A DNA stretch of 37,577 bases from a virus (taxonomy: Duplodnaviria > Heunggongvirae > Uroviricota > Caudoviricetes), in the IMG/VR virus record IMGVR_UViG_2529292717_000013; one strand, written 5' to 3'. Below the pieces are notes generated by a model. The model was not told the origin of the DNA and did not search any database. It saw nothing but the letters and a program-made list of their open reading frames with translations. The number at the start of each line of letters is the position of its first letter. The first letter of the stretch is position 1. Shown piece after piece: positions 9,674-18,935 of the stretch. A program made the translations under genes and the position numbers.

Positions 9674-9985
9674 ATGACGACACCAACCAGAAGAATAAGT
9701 TTCTATCTGAAGCCAGCTGCCGTCAAGAACGAAGGAGAAGCATGCGCATGGCTGGACAGCCTTACACCAGAAGCCCGCAAAAGCGGCCAACGCGTGGCTT
9801 TTCTGGCCGGGCTGGCACTTCTGAAGACGAATCCGGCAGAGGCTTACCGACTGGCCGCATGGGCTGATGATGAGATGTTACCTGTGACACAAATCAGCTC
9901 AAAAAAGTTTGAAGCACAGTCTGCACCAGTGGCTAAGATAACCAGCCAGATGGCTGGGAATATCCGGGCGTTATTTCCTGGGTAA
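9674..9985 (+). CDS. parR: ParR/StbB-like centromere-binding protein
   Basis: 103 aa; RRISFYLKP...AFLAGLALLKTNP...IRALFP resembles R1 ParR; immediately after parM. Confidence 0.7.
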   Translation: MTTPTRRISFYLKPAAVKNEGEACAWLDSLTPEARKSGQRVAFLAGLALLKTNPAEAYRLAAWADDEMLPVTQISSKKFEAQSAPVAKITSQMAGNIRALFPG

Positions 9986-10105
9986 AAGCATCTGCGCGAA
10001 AAATGCTCACATTTATAGAAACAGTATCATTCCATTTGGCGCACTTACTTCAATAATCGATCTGTTAAACAAATAGATTGTCTATTATCTATCGATTAAA
10101 ACGAT

Positions 10106-10170
10106 CAATTATCTTGACAGTAATGTGCCTTTTTGTAAGATCGTTCGCATTGTGAGCGACAAGATAATTG
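10106..10170 (+). promoter_or_regulatory. candidate promoter (TTGACA-N16-TAAGAT) bracketed by an 11-bp inverted repeat CAATTATCTTG / CAAGATAATTG
   Basis: Read directly; the -35 hexamer overlaps the left arm. Confidence 0.35.
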
Positions 10171-10247
10171 CGCGGCATTGTCCATGCAAAACGCCCCAAT
10201 AGCAGCAACTATTGGGGCGTAGAACTCGGTCGGACTCACTTAACCTG

Positions 10248-10331
10248 ATATGCGTGCCTTCCGAAGTAAATCAAAATGTGCGTCGTATATTTTATTGCTT
10301 ACACGCACCTCTGTAAAGGCACGCATATTTT
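10248..10331 (+). terminator. large hairpin (13-bp perfect inverted repeat ATATGCGTGCCTT, 55-nt spacer with nested inverted repeat) followed by a T-run; candidate attenuator in the ORF89 leader
   Basis: Inverted repeat arms at about 10248-10260 and 10316-10328, then TTTTT; ends about 20 bp before the ORF89 start. Confidence 0.4.
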
Positions 10332-10349
10332 TCCTATGAGGTAAATAAA

Positions 10350-10619
10350 GTGCGGGCTAAAACAGGTATTTGCAAGAATCCTCATCGTTATAACCCAACA
10401 TTTCTGTCTCTCCCTGAATATCAAGGACAAGAAGGTCGGCACAAATGCGCTGCCTGTGCTTTTGAGCTAGGCATAAAAGATGCGCTTGAAGGACGCGCTA
10501 TGGCTCAGAATGATTTAGTTTTAGCTAACATTCCGTTTAGCCAGGCTGGAACTGTAAGGCACAGAGATGCTTATGAAGCATATGTTCGTGGTTGGCGATT
10601 AATACACAGCAACAATTGA
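10350..10619 (+). CDS. hypothetical Cys/His-rich small protein (hotspot cargo)
   Basis: 89-aa ORF with GTG start and GAGG RBS; CKNPHRY...HKCAACAFE suggests metal binding. Confidence 0.5.
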   Translation: MRAKTGICKNPHRYNPTFLSLPEYQGQEGRHKCAACAFELGIKDALEGRAMAQNDLVLANIPFSQAGTVRHRDAYEAYVRGWRLIHSNN

Positions 10620-10627
10620 TATTTTTG

Positions 10628-10651
10628 AAGCGCCGATAAGGCGCTTTTTTT
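10628..10651 (+). terminator. rho-independent terminator (AAGCGCC-GATAA-GGCGCTT + T-run)
   Basis: Directly after the ORF89 stop. Confidence 0.6.
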
Positions 10652-11179
10652 GTTTGCACGATAGTGCACAAGTTTGCACAATTTTTTTGAACGACTTTTT
10701 GTACTTCCGGCCCGCGTGGCGGCTGGATCCGTCAAGGATCCGTACGTGCACAAAAAACGCGTTTTTTCTACGCGCAGGTGACGGGGGAACAGCCCGCGTT
10801 TCAGGGGGTAAATAGCATTCCCTGAACGATGTCGCAGAGACACAACAGAATGGCCATATTTCTCACGCTGAGCATGAAAAAGGCGTGAGGGCTTTTGATT
10901 TGATGGGGTGAAAGGTAAGGCCGTCAAAATCGCACTGAGGCAGCGAGAACATACAGTCAACGTGGTGGGATTGCGTAAGAGTCTGACCGTCGATGGTGGC
11001 GATAAACTGGAAGGCGTCGTGAAATTATCTGATTGATACAGGAGCTGGAGAGTCGGGGCATAAATTTTTTATGCCCCGGCGAAGCAGCAGACAAGCGAAG
11101 CGCGTCAGCGATACGGCACCTTGCCGACCATACTTCGTAAGTGCAAAATACGAGCAAAGAAATCAATGGAGGCTGTCTT

Positions 11180-11704
11180 ATGGTCATTAATTACAAGCAG
11201 TTAAGAGAAAAACGGGAGCAGGTAAAGGAGAGCTTTCGCCGCAATGAAGATCTGACCCCGCTTGTACGCCTTGCCCAGGGCATTGTTGATGCTTATGAAA
11301 TCTCGCTGGAGCTGCCATCACAGACCTGGACAGATAGCGACGGTAATCGCCAGCATTACGTTTCATGCGGACTGGAAGCAGCCGAAGGATTTCGCAGAAT
11401 GCCTTTATCTCAGATCCCTGCCGCTACCCCCAAAGCAAGGGGCGGCAATGATGAGCGAAAACTGATTTTCAGCATTGAGACAGTGGTTGACGACACACCT
11501 GGCGAAGTCGCCTTCGTGCATACTCCTCTTTCGATCGCAATGTATAACGATGAAATACAGGTTCGCGTTAATAATAATATCGTGCCACTTAAAGAAGGTA
11601 ATTCACCCTACACCACCGTTTGTGAAGCCATTCAATATTACGTTTTCTCTGAAATTGATAATCTCAAGCCTGACGGCACCCAGAAAATGGTTCAGCTCTG
11701 GTAA
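11180..11704 (+). CDS. hypothetical protein (hotspot cargo)
   Basis: 174 aa from the ATG at 11180 with a GGAGG RBS 7 nt upstream; no family recognised. Confidence 0.5.
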   Translation: MVINYKQLREKREQVKESFRRNEDLTPLVRLAQGIVDAYEISLELPSQTWTDSDGNRQHYVSCGLEAAEGFRRMPLSQIPAATPKARGGNDERKLIFSIETVVDDTPGEVAFVHTPLSIAMYNDEIQVRVNNNIVPLKEGNSPYTTVCEAIQYYVFSEIDNLKPDGTQKMVQLW

Positions 11705-11735
11705 AAAGGACAGCCCCATCACGGGGCTGTTTTTT
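11705..11735. terminator. bidirectional rho-independent terminator between ORF174 and Q
   Basis: A-run, ACAGCCCC-atcac-GGGGCTGT, T-run. Confidence 0.6.
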
Positions 11736-12765
11736 CATCAAGAAGAGCATAAGAGTTAAAACGGATCACCTCTTCGCCAAGCCAGTCATTGATGTGCTTC
11801 ATGGCCTCCATAACGGGCATCAGCTCGTTAATTGCGTAAACCCGCGCGGCCTTCTCCACATCACCAAACGCACTTTTTTCGCCCGGCATCGCCCCCATCA
11901 GTTGCGGCGGAACACGGTGCGCAGCCAGCACATCATCACGGGATGCCGCCTTAACATTCATGAACTCATCTTTTGCGGTGATCTGCTGGAACGGCAAAAT
12001 TTGCACCCCCTCTTTGCCCCCGTTGGGCGCATGAATGAGCACGTTTTTAAACGCACCACCACCACGTGCCCCCTGTAGCGTTTCTTTCAGGGAGTCCATG
12101 CTTTCGCGGTTTACCTGCGCTGCACCGATGTAGATGATGCACCCGGCGTGGGATCCGTTGTCGTAGTACAGTTTTCTGAACATGTCCGCCGAATGAGAAA
12201 GGCTGGCCGAGAGTAATGCGCCAAGATATTCCGGCATGCCGTAGATTTCCTGGTTAATATCCGGATTCATCAGGTGGCACACTTTGCCAGGACGAAACTG
12301 AAACGCGTCCTTGCCATCCTGCACATACCACCATGATTCAAGATCGCTTCCGCGTCGCATGTATTTCGCCAGGGCGTGCCGTAATTTAAGCGGTTCGCCG
12401 AGCATATTGCTCCGAAGCTCAAGGAATGCGTTACCGAACACAAACCAGTCCAGCGCCAGCGCCGAGAAATCCTGCCGGGAAAGCAGCGGGTGCGGAATAT
12501 AGCAGCCGAGCAATACATTGCGCTTAAAGTAAAGCGCAGACTGATGCCAGGACGTTTGCCGGGCAGCTCTTGCCAGACCGTACCAGTCCACCGGGGTTTC
12601 ATACCACCGCCCGTTATCAGCACAGTACATATTGTCCAGCAGGTCATGCCCGGTCAGGCGATAAGGACCATCAAATGTGAATGCACTGAGCGATGATTCT
12701 TTCCTGAGCGCATCAGCGAGATCAATGCGTGAACTCATGCGCACTTTTTTATTTTTTCTGCTCAT
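11719..12765 (-). CDS. Q: portal protein
   Basis: 348 aa; homology to P2 gpQ by recollection; adjacent to and co-oriented with the large terminase. Confidence 0.9.
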   Translation of the reverse strand: MSRKNKKVRMSSRIDLADALRKESSLSAFTFDGPYRLTGHDLLDNMYCADNGRWYETPVDWYGLARAARQTSWHQSALYFKRNVLLGCYIPHPLLSRQDFSALALDWFVFGNAFLELRSNMLGEPLKLRHALAKYMRRGSDLESWWYVQDGKDAFQFRPGKVCHLMNPDINQEIYGMPEYLGALLSASLSHSADMFRKLYYDNGSHAGCIIYIGAAQVNRESMDSLKETLQGARGGGAFKNVLIHAPNGGKEGVQILPFQQITAKDEFMNVKAASRDDVLAAHRVPPQLMGAMPGEKSAFGDVEKAARVYAINELMPVMEAMKHINDWLGEEVIRFNSYALLDEKTAP

Positions 12766-14516
12766 CAGAACTCCATAACCGTGAAACGCTCGTTTTCTCC
12801 TTCGCCGCCAATCGGTTCATTAATGACAGCAAGCATGGTTGCCCACGCAAGGTCGCCGTGGCTGATCCCCCTCGCTCGGTCCGTTTCGTAAGTGATAAAG
12901 CCGCCCGGTGTTTTCACCTTACGCACGGCGTTAAAGGCCGCGACCAGCTCGCGTTCGGCACGATCGTATTCCCACCGCCCGGCACGCATTATTTGCAGCA
13001 TTTTCAGTACCAGCGACCGTTTTGATGACAGCGTGAAGGTGTACGGAATAGCAGCAGGGAAAAACCGTTTCACTATCTGATAAACGGCATCCCCGTGCCC
13101 GCCAGTCGCATCAATGCCGATGTGTTCCACGTTGTAGCGACACGTGAACTCTTCAATGACTCTGGCCTGTTCTTCAAACTCCAGCCCCTGAACGCGTCGC
13201 GTCTCCACCGTTCGAAAACGGCCACCAGGAACAGCCGGAGGAACCACCACGGACACCGCGCCGCTGTCGCCGTTTCCACTGCTGCCGTTTGCGTCATACC
13301 CAATCCATACCGGACGATTCCCCATCGGGCGGGGAGCAAAAGGTTTCCAGTCTTTCCAGTCGTCGTATCCATCAACACCGCAGCCAATCAGGATATTCAG
13401 GTTAAATGCCGATTCCCCTTCGCGGACAAACTCACACATATAGAGATTGCGGAACTCGTCTTCGGTGTTTTCATCACGAATTTCATCAATATCGGTGTGT
13501 TTCCAGCCGTGATTAACCACATCTTCCAGCGTGACAATTTGCCGCCACGTCCGGTCGGGGCAGATAAGTCCGTTATGCAGCGTTTTCCAGTCCACAGAAA
13601 AACGCTGGCGTTTATGCGCGGCCTTTTTCTCGTTCCAGCGGTCGCCGTTCCAATAGACGTATGCCTCGTGCGTTTCGGTGGATGGCGTGGAGAAGTAGGT
13701 GCGCCGCAGTCCGCTGAGGGTTGCCATAGCGCCAGCCACCTTGCGCAGTTCAGCAAAGCGACTGACCCAGAAAAATTCATCAAAATAAAAATTGCCTGTG
13801 TAGGACTGTGCCGTCGCAGCAGAAGTACCGAGAAAATGCAGTTCTGCGCCGTTGGAGAGGATGATTTTATCGCCCCCTTTCAGCTCCACATCAACTTCAG
13901 CCGCGGCCTTCTGAATAATGCTTTTAAACTGGAACGCCTGACGACGCGACGCAGACAAAAAAATCTGGTTACGCTGGTAAGGTTGTGCCACATCGTCACG
14001 CAGCGCCATCAGCAGTGCTTCCTGTGCAAAATACCAGGTCGCCCCAATCTGTCGGGATTTCAGGATCATCCTGTTACGTATCCCGGCTTCACTGCAAAGG
14101 GTCAGGGAGTCAAACCAGCCCCGCTGATGCCACTCCAGCCTGCTGATGATTTTTTCCCGCAGTGCGGCAATCTGCTCCGGCGTGAAATGATTTTTAAGTT
14201 TTTTCGCCCGGCCTTTCTTTCCTGTGGCCGTCGCATCCGGCTGGCCATCATGCAGTTTTTTAAGCTGCCGGGTCAGCAGGTCTATTTCCTTAAAGTCACC
14301 ACCTGTTTTATTCTGTTTTTCAGTAAGCTGGATGAGGCGCGCATCGATGGACTGCGTGACACGCTGCACGGGTGGCGTTTCATCCCACTGGTCGCGTTTT
14401 TTCCACGCATAAATCGTGTTCGGGTTTATTCCCATCAGACGTGATATTTCTGCGGGCGGATAACCCTGCCAGTAAAGTTGCCGCGCACGCTGGCGCACAA
14501 AAGCGTCCTGAATCAT
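12765..14516 (-). CDS. P: terminase large (ATPase) subunit
   Basis: 583 aa; P2 gpP-like. Confidence 0.9.
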   Translation of the reverse strand: MIQDAFVRQRARQLYWQGYPPAEISRLMGINPNTIYAWKKRDQWDETPPVQRVTQSIDARLIQLTEKQNKTGGDFKEIDLLTRQLKKLHDGQPDATATGKKGRAKKLKNHFTPEQIAALREKIISRLEWHQRGWFDSLTLCSEAGIRNRMILKSRQIGATWYFAQEALLMALRDDVAQPYQRNQIFLSASRRQAFQFKSIIQKAAAEVDVELKGGDKIILSNGAELHFLGTSAATAQSYTGNFYFDEFFWVSRFAELRKVAGAMATLSGLRRTYFSTPSTETHEAYVYWNGDRWNEKKAAHKRQRFSVDWKTLHNGLICPDRTWRQIVTLEDVVNHGWKHTDIDEIRDENTEDEFRNLYMCEFVREGESAFNLNILIGCGVDGYDDWKDWKPFAPRPMGNRPVWIGYDANGSSGNGDSGAVSVVVPPAVPGGRFRTVETRRVQGLEFEEQARVIEEFTCRYNVEHIGIDATGGHGDAVYQIVKRFFPAAIPYTFTLSSKRSLVLKMLQIMRAGRWEYDRAERELVAAFNAVRKVKTPGGFITYETDRARGISHGDLAWATMLAVINEPIGGEGENERFTVMEF

Positions 14517-14670
14517 TGCTCCCCCTGAGTAATTACAGGAAGATTACCCGCGCGCGAAACCGTTCTCCTTAACCCCCTGTTCTGGCCGTTTTCTTACAAC
14601 AAAAGCCCTTTGTATCAGCCTGTTACGCTTTGCCATCATGACTGAAGAACCAGTCAGAGGGGCAAAAACT

Positions 14671-15507
14671 ATGGCTAATGAAAAAAAGACATCCCGCAAA
14701 AAGTTTCGCGTGGCTGTCTCCGGATCAACTGTTGATGGCCGTGAAATCAGTCCGGTGCATCTGCGTGAAGCCGCCGAGAACTTCAACCCGGATGTTTACG
14801 CTGCCCGCGTGAACGTTGAGCACTATCTCTCGCCATGCCCGTCAAGCGAATTTTCCGCAATGGGCGATGTCACCGCACTGAGTACGGAAGACATTACGGA
14901 AGGTCCGCTGGCCGGACGTACTGCGCTGTATGCAGAAATCGAACCGACCGAGCGCATGAAGCAGCTTGTCGCGGACGGCAAGAAAATCTATTCCAGTATC
15001 GAACTGCACCCGCAGTTCTCCGTTAACGGGCGCGCCTATCTGGTCGGGCTGGCGATGACCGACACCCCGGCAAGCCTGGGCACTGAGCGCCTGAAATTCA
15101 CGGCACAGCAACGTCAGGCGGTGATGACGTTCAACAGTGTCCAGGGTGAAGCACCGCTCATTTCCGAAGCCATCGAGTCTGAAATCATCGAAATGGCAGA
15201 ACAACGCCAGGAAGAAGGCACCCAGTGGTTTAACCGCGTAATGGGGATTATTGGTCGTGGCCGCAAAGCGGATGACGCCAGTTTCTCCCGTATTCAGGAA
15301 GCGGTGGAAGGCGTCGCAACGTCACAGGCCGACATTATCGACCGTTTTAATGTGCTGGAAACCCGCCATCAGCAGGACCGCCAGAAAATCACGTCACTGA
15401 CCACAGAGCTGACAGCACTGAAGGAAAAACTGCGCACGCAGGACGGCGATCCGCAGAACCGCTTCACCGCAACGGGCGCAGCCTCCGACCAGCTGGCTGA
15501 CTTCTGA
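14671..15507 (+). CDS. O: capsid scaffolding protein
   Basis: Start at the internal ATG 14671 (MANEKKTSRKKFRVAVSG...) after a GAGGGG RBS; P2 gpO-like. Confidence 0.8.
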   Translation: MANEKKTSRKKFRVAVSGSTVDGREISPVHLREAAENFNPDVYAARVNVEHYLSPCPSSEFSAMGDVTALSTEDITEGPLAGRTALYAEIEPTERMKQLVADGKKIYSSIELHPQFSVNGRAYLVGLAMTDTPASLGTERLKFTAQQRQAVMTFNSVQGEAPLISEAIESEIIEMAEQRQEEGTQWFNRVMGIIGRGRKADDASFSRIQEAVEGVATSQADIIDRFNVLETRHQQDRQKITSLTTELTALKEKLRTQDGDPQNRFTATGAASDQLADF

Positions 15508-15529
15508 TAAGACAAAGGAGCAAATTTTT

Positions 15530-16582
15530 ATGAATCTGGTGATGTCAGATATTACCCGCAACAAGCTGGGTTGCTATATGGCGCAGCAGGCGTCGCTTAA
15601 CAATATCCCGGTATCTGCACTGGTATCGCGATTTACCGTGGAACCCTCGGTGCAGCAGCGTTTTGAAAACGCAGTAAAGGAGAGCACTGAATTTACAAAA
15701 AAAATTAACGTGTTCGGTGTGACTGACCAGAAAGGCGAAAAAATCCTCCTGGACACCACCGGGCCGATTGCGCGCACGAATACCAGTTATGACGGCACAA
15801 AACGCCGTAACCCGAATAACGTGGTTGATCTGAAAAACCGCAAATACCAGTGCGAACAGGTGAACTACGACACGTTTATTTCGTATCCGCAGCTTGATGC
15901 CTGGGCGGCACACCCTGATTTTCAGTCCCGCGTCAGCACACAGATTGCCCGGCAGGTGGCGCTTGACCGCATCATGATCGGTTTCAACGGCACGTCTCAC
16001 GCGGATGAGTCCAACTTCAGCACTAACAAGCTGCTTCAGGACGTTAACGTGGGATGGCTGGAGCACATCAGAACCGACGCCAGCGAGCGCGTTATGAATG
16101 ATGTAACGCTGACCTCCCGCAACATGGACAACACCGTGGCGCACGCGGGTAAATATGCGAACGCTGATGCACTGGTACAGGACGCGCGCTCATCCCTGCT
16201 GGATGAATGGCACAAGGAAGCTGACGACCTCGTGGTGATTATGGGGCGCAACCTGTTTAACTCGCTGCGTCTGCCCGTGCTGAACAGCATCAGCGGCCAG
16301 AATCCCAATGCGGAATTACTTGCCGGACAGCTCATCCTGTCATCGCGCGCCATTGGCGGGCTGGATGTATTCCTTGCGCCGTTCTTCCCGGATGCAACGA
16401 TGCTGATCACCTCGTTCAACAACCTGTCAATTTACTGGCAGAAAGGAACAATGCGTCGCCTGATGAAAGACGAGCCGGAATACAACCGCATCGCCACCTA
16501 CCAGTCCATCAATGACGCTTATGTCGTTGAAGACTATGGCAAGTGCGCGATGGTCACTGGCCTGAAGTTCGCCGACAGCTAA
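15530..16582 (+). CDS. N: major capsid protein
   Basis: 350 aa; P2 gpN-like. Confidence 0.9.
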   Translation: MNLVMSDITRNKLGCYMAQQASLNNIPVSALVSRFTVEPSVQQRFENAVKESTEFTKKINVFGVTDQKGEKILLDTTGPIARTNTSYDGTKRRNPNNVVDLKNRKYQCEQVNYDTFISYPQLDAWAAHPDFQSRVSTQIARQVALDRIMIGFNGTSHADESNFSTNKLLQDVNVGWLEHIRTDASERVMNDVTLTSRNMDNTVAHAGKYANADALVQDARSSLLDEWHKEADDLVVIMGRNLFNSLRLPVLNSISGQNPNAELLAGQLILSSRAIGGLDVFLAPFFPDATMLITSFNNLSIYWQKGTMRRLMKDEPEYNRIATYQSINDAYVVEDYGKCAMVTGLKFADS

Positions 16583-16627
16583 TCACCTCACGGCGGGCAT
16601 CATGCCCGCCTGTAACGGAGAGAAAAA

Positions 16628-17422
16628 ATGATTACTCCTGCACAGCAACACTGGCAGAACGTGATGGCACAGCGCGCAGGCCGGGCGAATGAAGGCGTGG
16701 ACCATGCCGCGCGTACCGCGCATGAAGAGGTGCTGTATCGTCTGCGTCTGGCACAGGCCCGGCTTAAGGGCGTACAGGCCAGAAGCGCGAAAGCCGCCAT
16801 CAAAAAAGAGTTATTGCCGGACTTTTCCGGCTGGATTGAGGGAACGCTGGAGGCTGACGGCGGGCAGCAGGATGAAGTGATTGCCACGCTGATGGTGTGG
16901 GCGATTGACTGCGGCGATCTTCCGCTTGCGCTGCGTATTGGTGCTATGTGGTCCGTCACAACCTCATCATGCCGGATAACTTTGGACGTACTGCTGCCAC
17001 GGTACTGACCGAAGAAATCTGTAATCCGGTACTGACGCAGGCCGGGACGGATGCCGACGCGGATTTGTCCGCCTTTATCGAACCACTGGACACCCTCCGG
17101 GAGATTGTCACCGACCAGGACATGCCGGACGAAGTGCGCGCCAAATTATGCAAGCGTGCGCCTTTGCCCGCCGTGGCCTGAGATGCGGACAGCATGGCCT
17201 TCACTGAAGCTGCTGCGCGAAGCGATGCACCTGAACCCGAACGCAGGTGTGAAACGCGAGATTGCAACCCTTTCCCGCGCCCTGAAAAAAGCCGATTCCG
17301 CAGCCGCACCAGAAGATGCCAGCACACCGCAGGCGCAGGACGAAAGCAGCAAAAGTAAAAAGACAACGCGGAAGCCTGCAACACGAAAAACCACCGCGAC
17401 GCAGAAGGCGAAGCGCGGTTAA
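16628..17422 (+). pseudogene. M: terminase small (endonuclease) subunit; two frame changes at about 16945 and about 17178
   Basis: Three track ORFs (16628..17008, 16948..17181, 17051..17422) in frames 2/1/2 each match consecutive segments of gpM, including MPDEVRAKL and AGVKREI. Confidence 0.8.
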
Positions 17423-17525
17423 CGACTGACCCCGTCAGCGGGCGGCGTGCGCGGTGTTCCGGTTTGACTCCGTGACCGTTTACACCGCGCACCCACCGCC
17501 CGATTTTTTTCAGGAGTGAACCCCC

Positions 17526-18020
17526 ATGAGTATGGTTGCCAGAACTGAACCAAGACCCGCAGAGGACGACATCACCGATACCGATGATGGTGATACCCGT
17601 ATTTCAGCGGGTGCATTCTGGCCGGATATTGTGCTGCGTGAGCTGCGTCTGGCGATACGACTGCCGGGCCGTGTGACCACCTCCCGCCTGCTGCATACCG
17701 CCACCGGGGCAGTGGCACACGTTACCCGCGAGCTGGAAGCGTGGCAGCAGGAACAGCAGGCGGCTGGCCATCAGACGCTGGCCGATGTTCCGGCACCCGT
17801 AATTAACGGAGAAAGCGTCAATCTCTGGCACTGGCGCAATGCGGTTTACACCGCCACACGCGCCCTGATTCTGGAGCGTTACCGCGATGCGGACACAACG
17901 GACAAGGGCGACCGCCGGGCGGACGCACTGGATATACAGACATCGGATTTGTGGCGCGATGTGAGCTGGGCCATCTCTGACATTCTGTGCCGCCCGCGAA
18001 TCTTTGCGGAGTTGTGCTGA
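17526..18020 (+). CDS. L: head completion/stabilisation protein
   Basis: 164 aa; P2 gpL-like. Confidence 0.85.
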   Translation: MSMVARTEPRPAEDDITDTDDGDTRISAGAFWPDIVLRELRLAIRLPGRVTTSRLLHTATGAVAHVTRELEAWQQEQQAAGHQTLADVPAPVINGESVNLWHWRNAVYTATRALILERYRDADTTDKGDRRADALDIQTSDLWRDVSWAISDILCRPRIFAELC

Positions 18021-18220
18021 TGAAAGTGAAGGCACTGGAAGGCGACACCGTGGATTCGCTCTGTTTCCGGTACTACGGCACGACGCAGGGCGTCACCGAA
18101 AAGGTGCTGGATGCCAACCCCGGACTCTGTCAGCAGGTATTTCTGGACGCCGGGCAGGAAGTGGAGATGCCGGAGCCGGAGAAGAAGAAACGAGAAATGA
18201 TTCAGTTGTGGGGGGAGTAG
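18020..18220 (+). CDS. X: tail protein X
   Basis: 66 aa from the ATG at 18020 (MKVKALEGDTVDSLCFRYYG); P2 gpX-like. Confidence 0.75.
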   Translation: MKVKALEGDTVDSLCFRYYGTTQGVTEKVLDANPGLCQQVFLDAGQEVEMPEPEKKKREMIQLWGE

Positions 18221-18222
18221 CA

Positions 18223-18546
18223 GTGAGCACCATTCAAACAGGGATCACAGAGCAGGTTATTGCGTGGCTCTTTGACCACCTGCCAACGGTGTATGCAGTA
18301 GGCGCGGCGGTCAGCATTTCCGCGCTGATGAGTCTTTATGACGGACGAACACTGGTTCAGACCGTAACGGGATCGCTGGCGTGCGGCGTTCTTGCCATGG
18401 CCGTGGCCGGGTCGTTGCGCTTCTTCGGGTTTCCTGAAGATGCCGTGACGTTTATCGGCGCATCAATCGGTTTTATGGGTGCAGAGAAAGCACGCGACAA
18501 GGTTATTGCGGCCTTTAATCGCAGGGTGAAGGAGAAAGACGAATGA
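18223..18546 (+). CDS. holin (class I, lambda S-like)
   Basis: 107 aa from a GTG after a G-rich RBS; three hydrophobic segments and a C-terminal basic tail resembling lambda S. Confidence 0.55.
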   Translation: MSTIQTGITEQVIAWLFDHLPTVYAVGAAVSISALMSLYDGRTLVQTVTGSLACGVLAMAVAGSLRFFGFPEDAVTFIGASIGFMGAEKARDKVIAAFNRRVKEKDE

Positions 18547-18935
18547 GCAACACATTTAAATTCAGCAGCCGGAGCGAAAAGAATTTGCAGGGCGTAAATC
18601 CTGATCTGGTGAAAGTGACCCGACGAGCACTGGAAATCTCGGAAGTGGATTTTGGTATCACCGAAGGGTTGCGCAGCCGTTACCGCCAGAAGCAACTTGT
18701 GGCCACAGGTAAGAGCCAGACCATGAACAGCCGCCACCTTACGGGACATGCCGTGGATGTTGTGGCTTATATCGGCAGCCAGGTGTCATGGGAATGGCCG
18801 CTGTACGAAAAAATCGCAGCAGCATTCAGACAGGCCAGCCGGGAACTGAATATTCCGGTGGAATGGGGCGGCGACTGGAAGACCCTGAAAGACGGACCGC
18901 ATTTTCAGTTACCACACGGAGCCTATCCGGCATGA
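18543..18935 (+). CDS. endolysin, peptidase M15 family (L-Ala-D-Glu / D-Ala-D-Ala peptidase type)
   Basis: 130 aa; SRHLTGHAVDV ... H motif pattern typical of M15 zinc peptidases. Confidence 0.75.
   Translation: MSNTFKFSSRSEKNLQGVNPDLVKVTRRALEISEVDFGITEGLRSRYRQKQLVATGKSQTMNSRHLTGHAVDVVAYIGSQVSWEWPLYEKIAAAFRQASRELNIPVEWGGDWKTLKDGPHFQLPHGAYPA

Noticed and set aside
10106-10619. Type III toxin-antitoxin (ToxIN-like) hypothesis for the ORF89 leader
   Set aside because: The leader has inverted repeats and hairpins but no tandem direct repeats as in ToxI-type RNA antitoxins; kept only as a generic attenuator/antisense candidate.
10652-11704. Retron (structured ncRNA plus downstream gene) hypothesis
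   Set aside because: The downstream 174-aa protein has no reverse-transcriptase motifs and no RT gene is present in the hotspot.
13095-14444. 449-aa plus-strand ORF
   Set aside because: Lies entirely antisense to the terminase large subunit gene, which has clear homology; long antisense ORFs are common in GC-rich coding DNA.
16956-17492. 178-aa minus-strand ORF
   Set aside because: Antisense to the terminase small subunit gene M.
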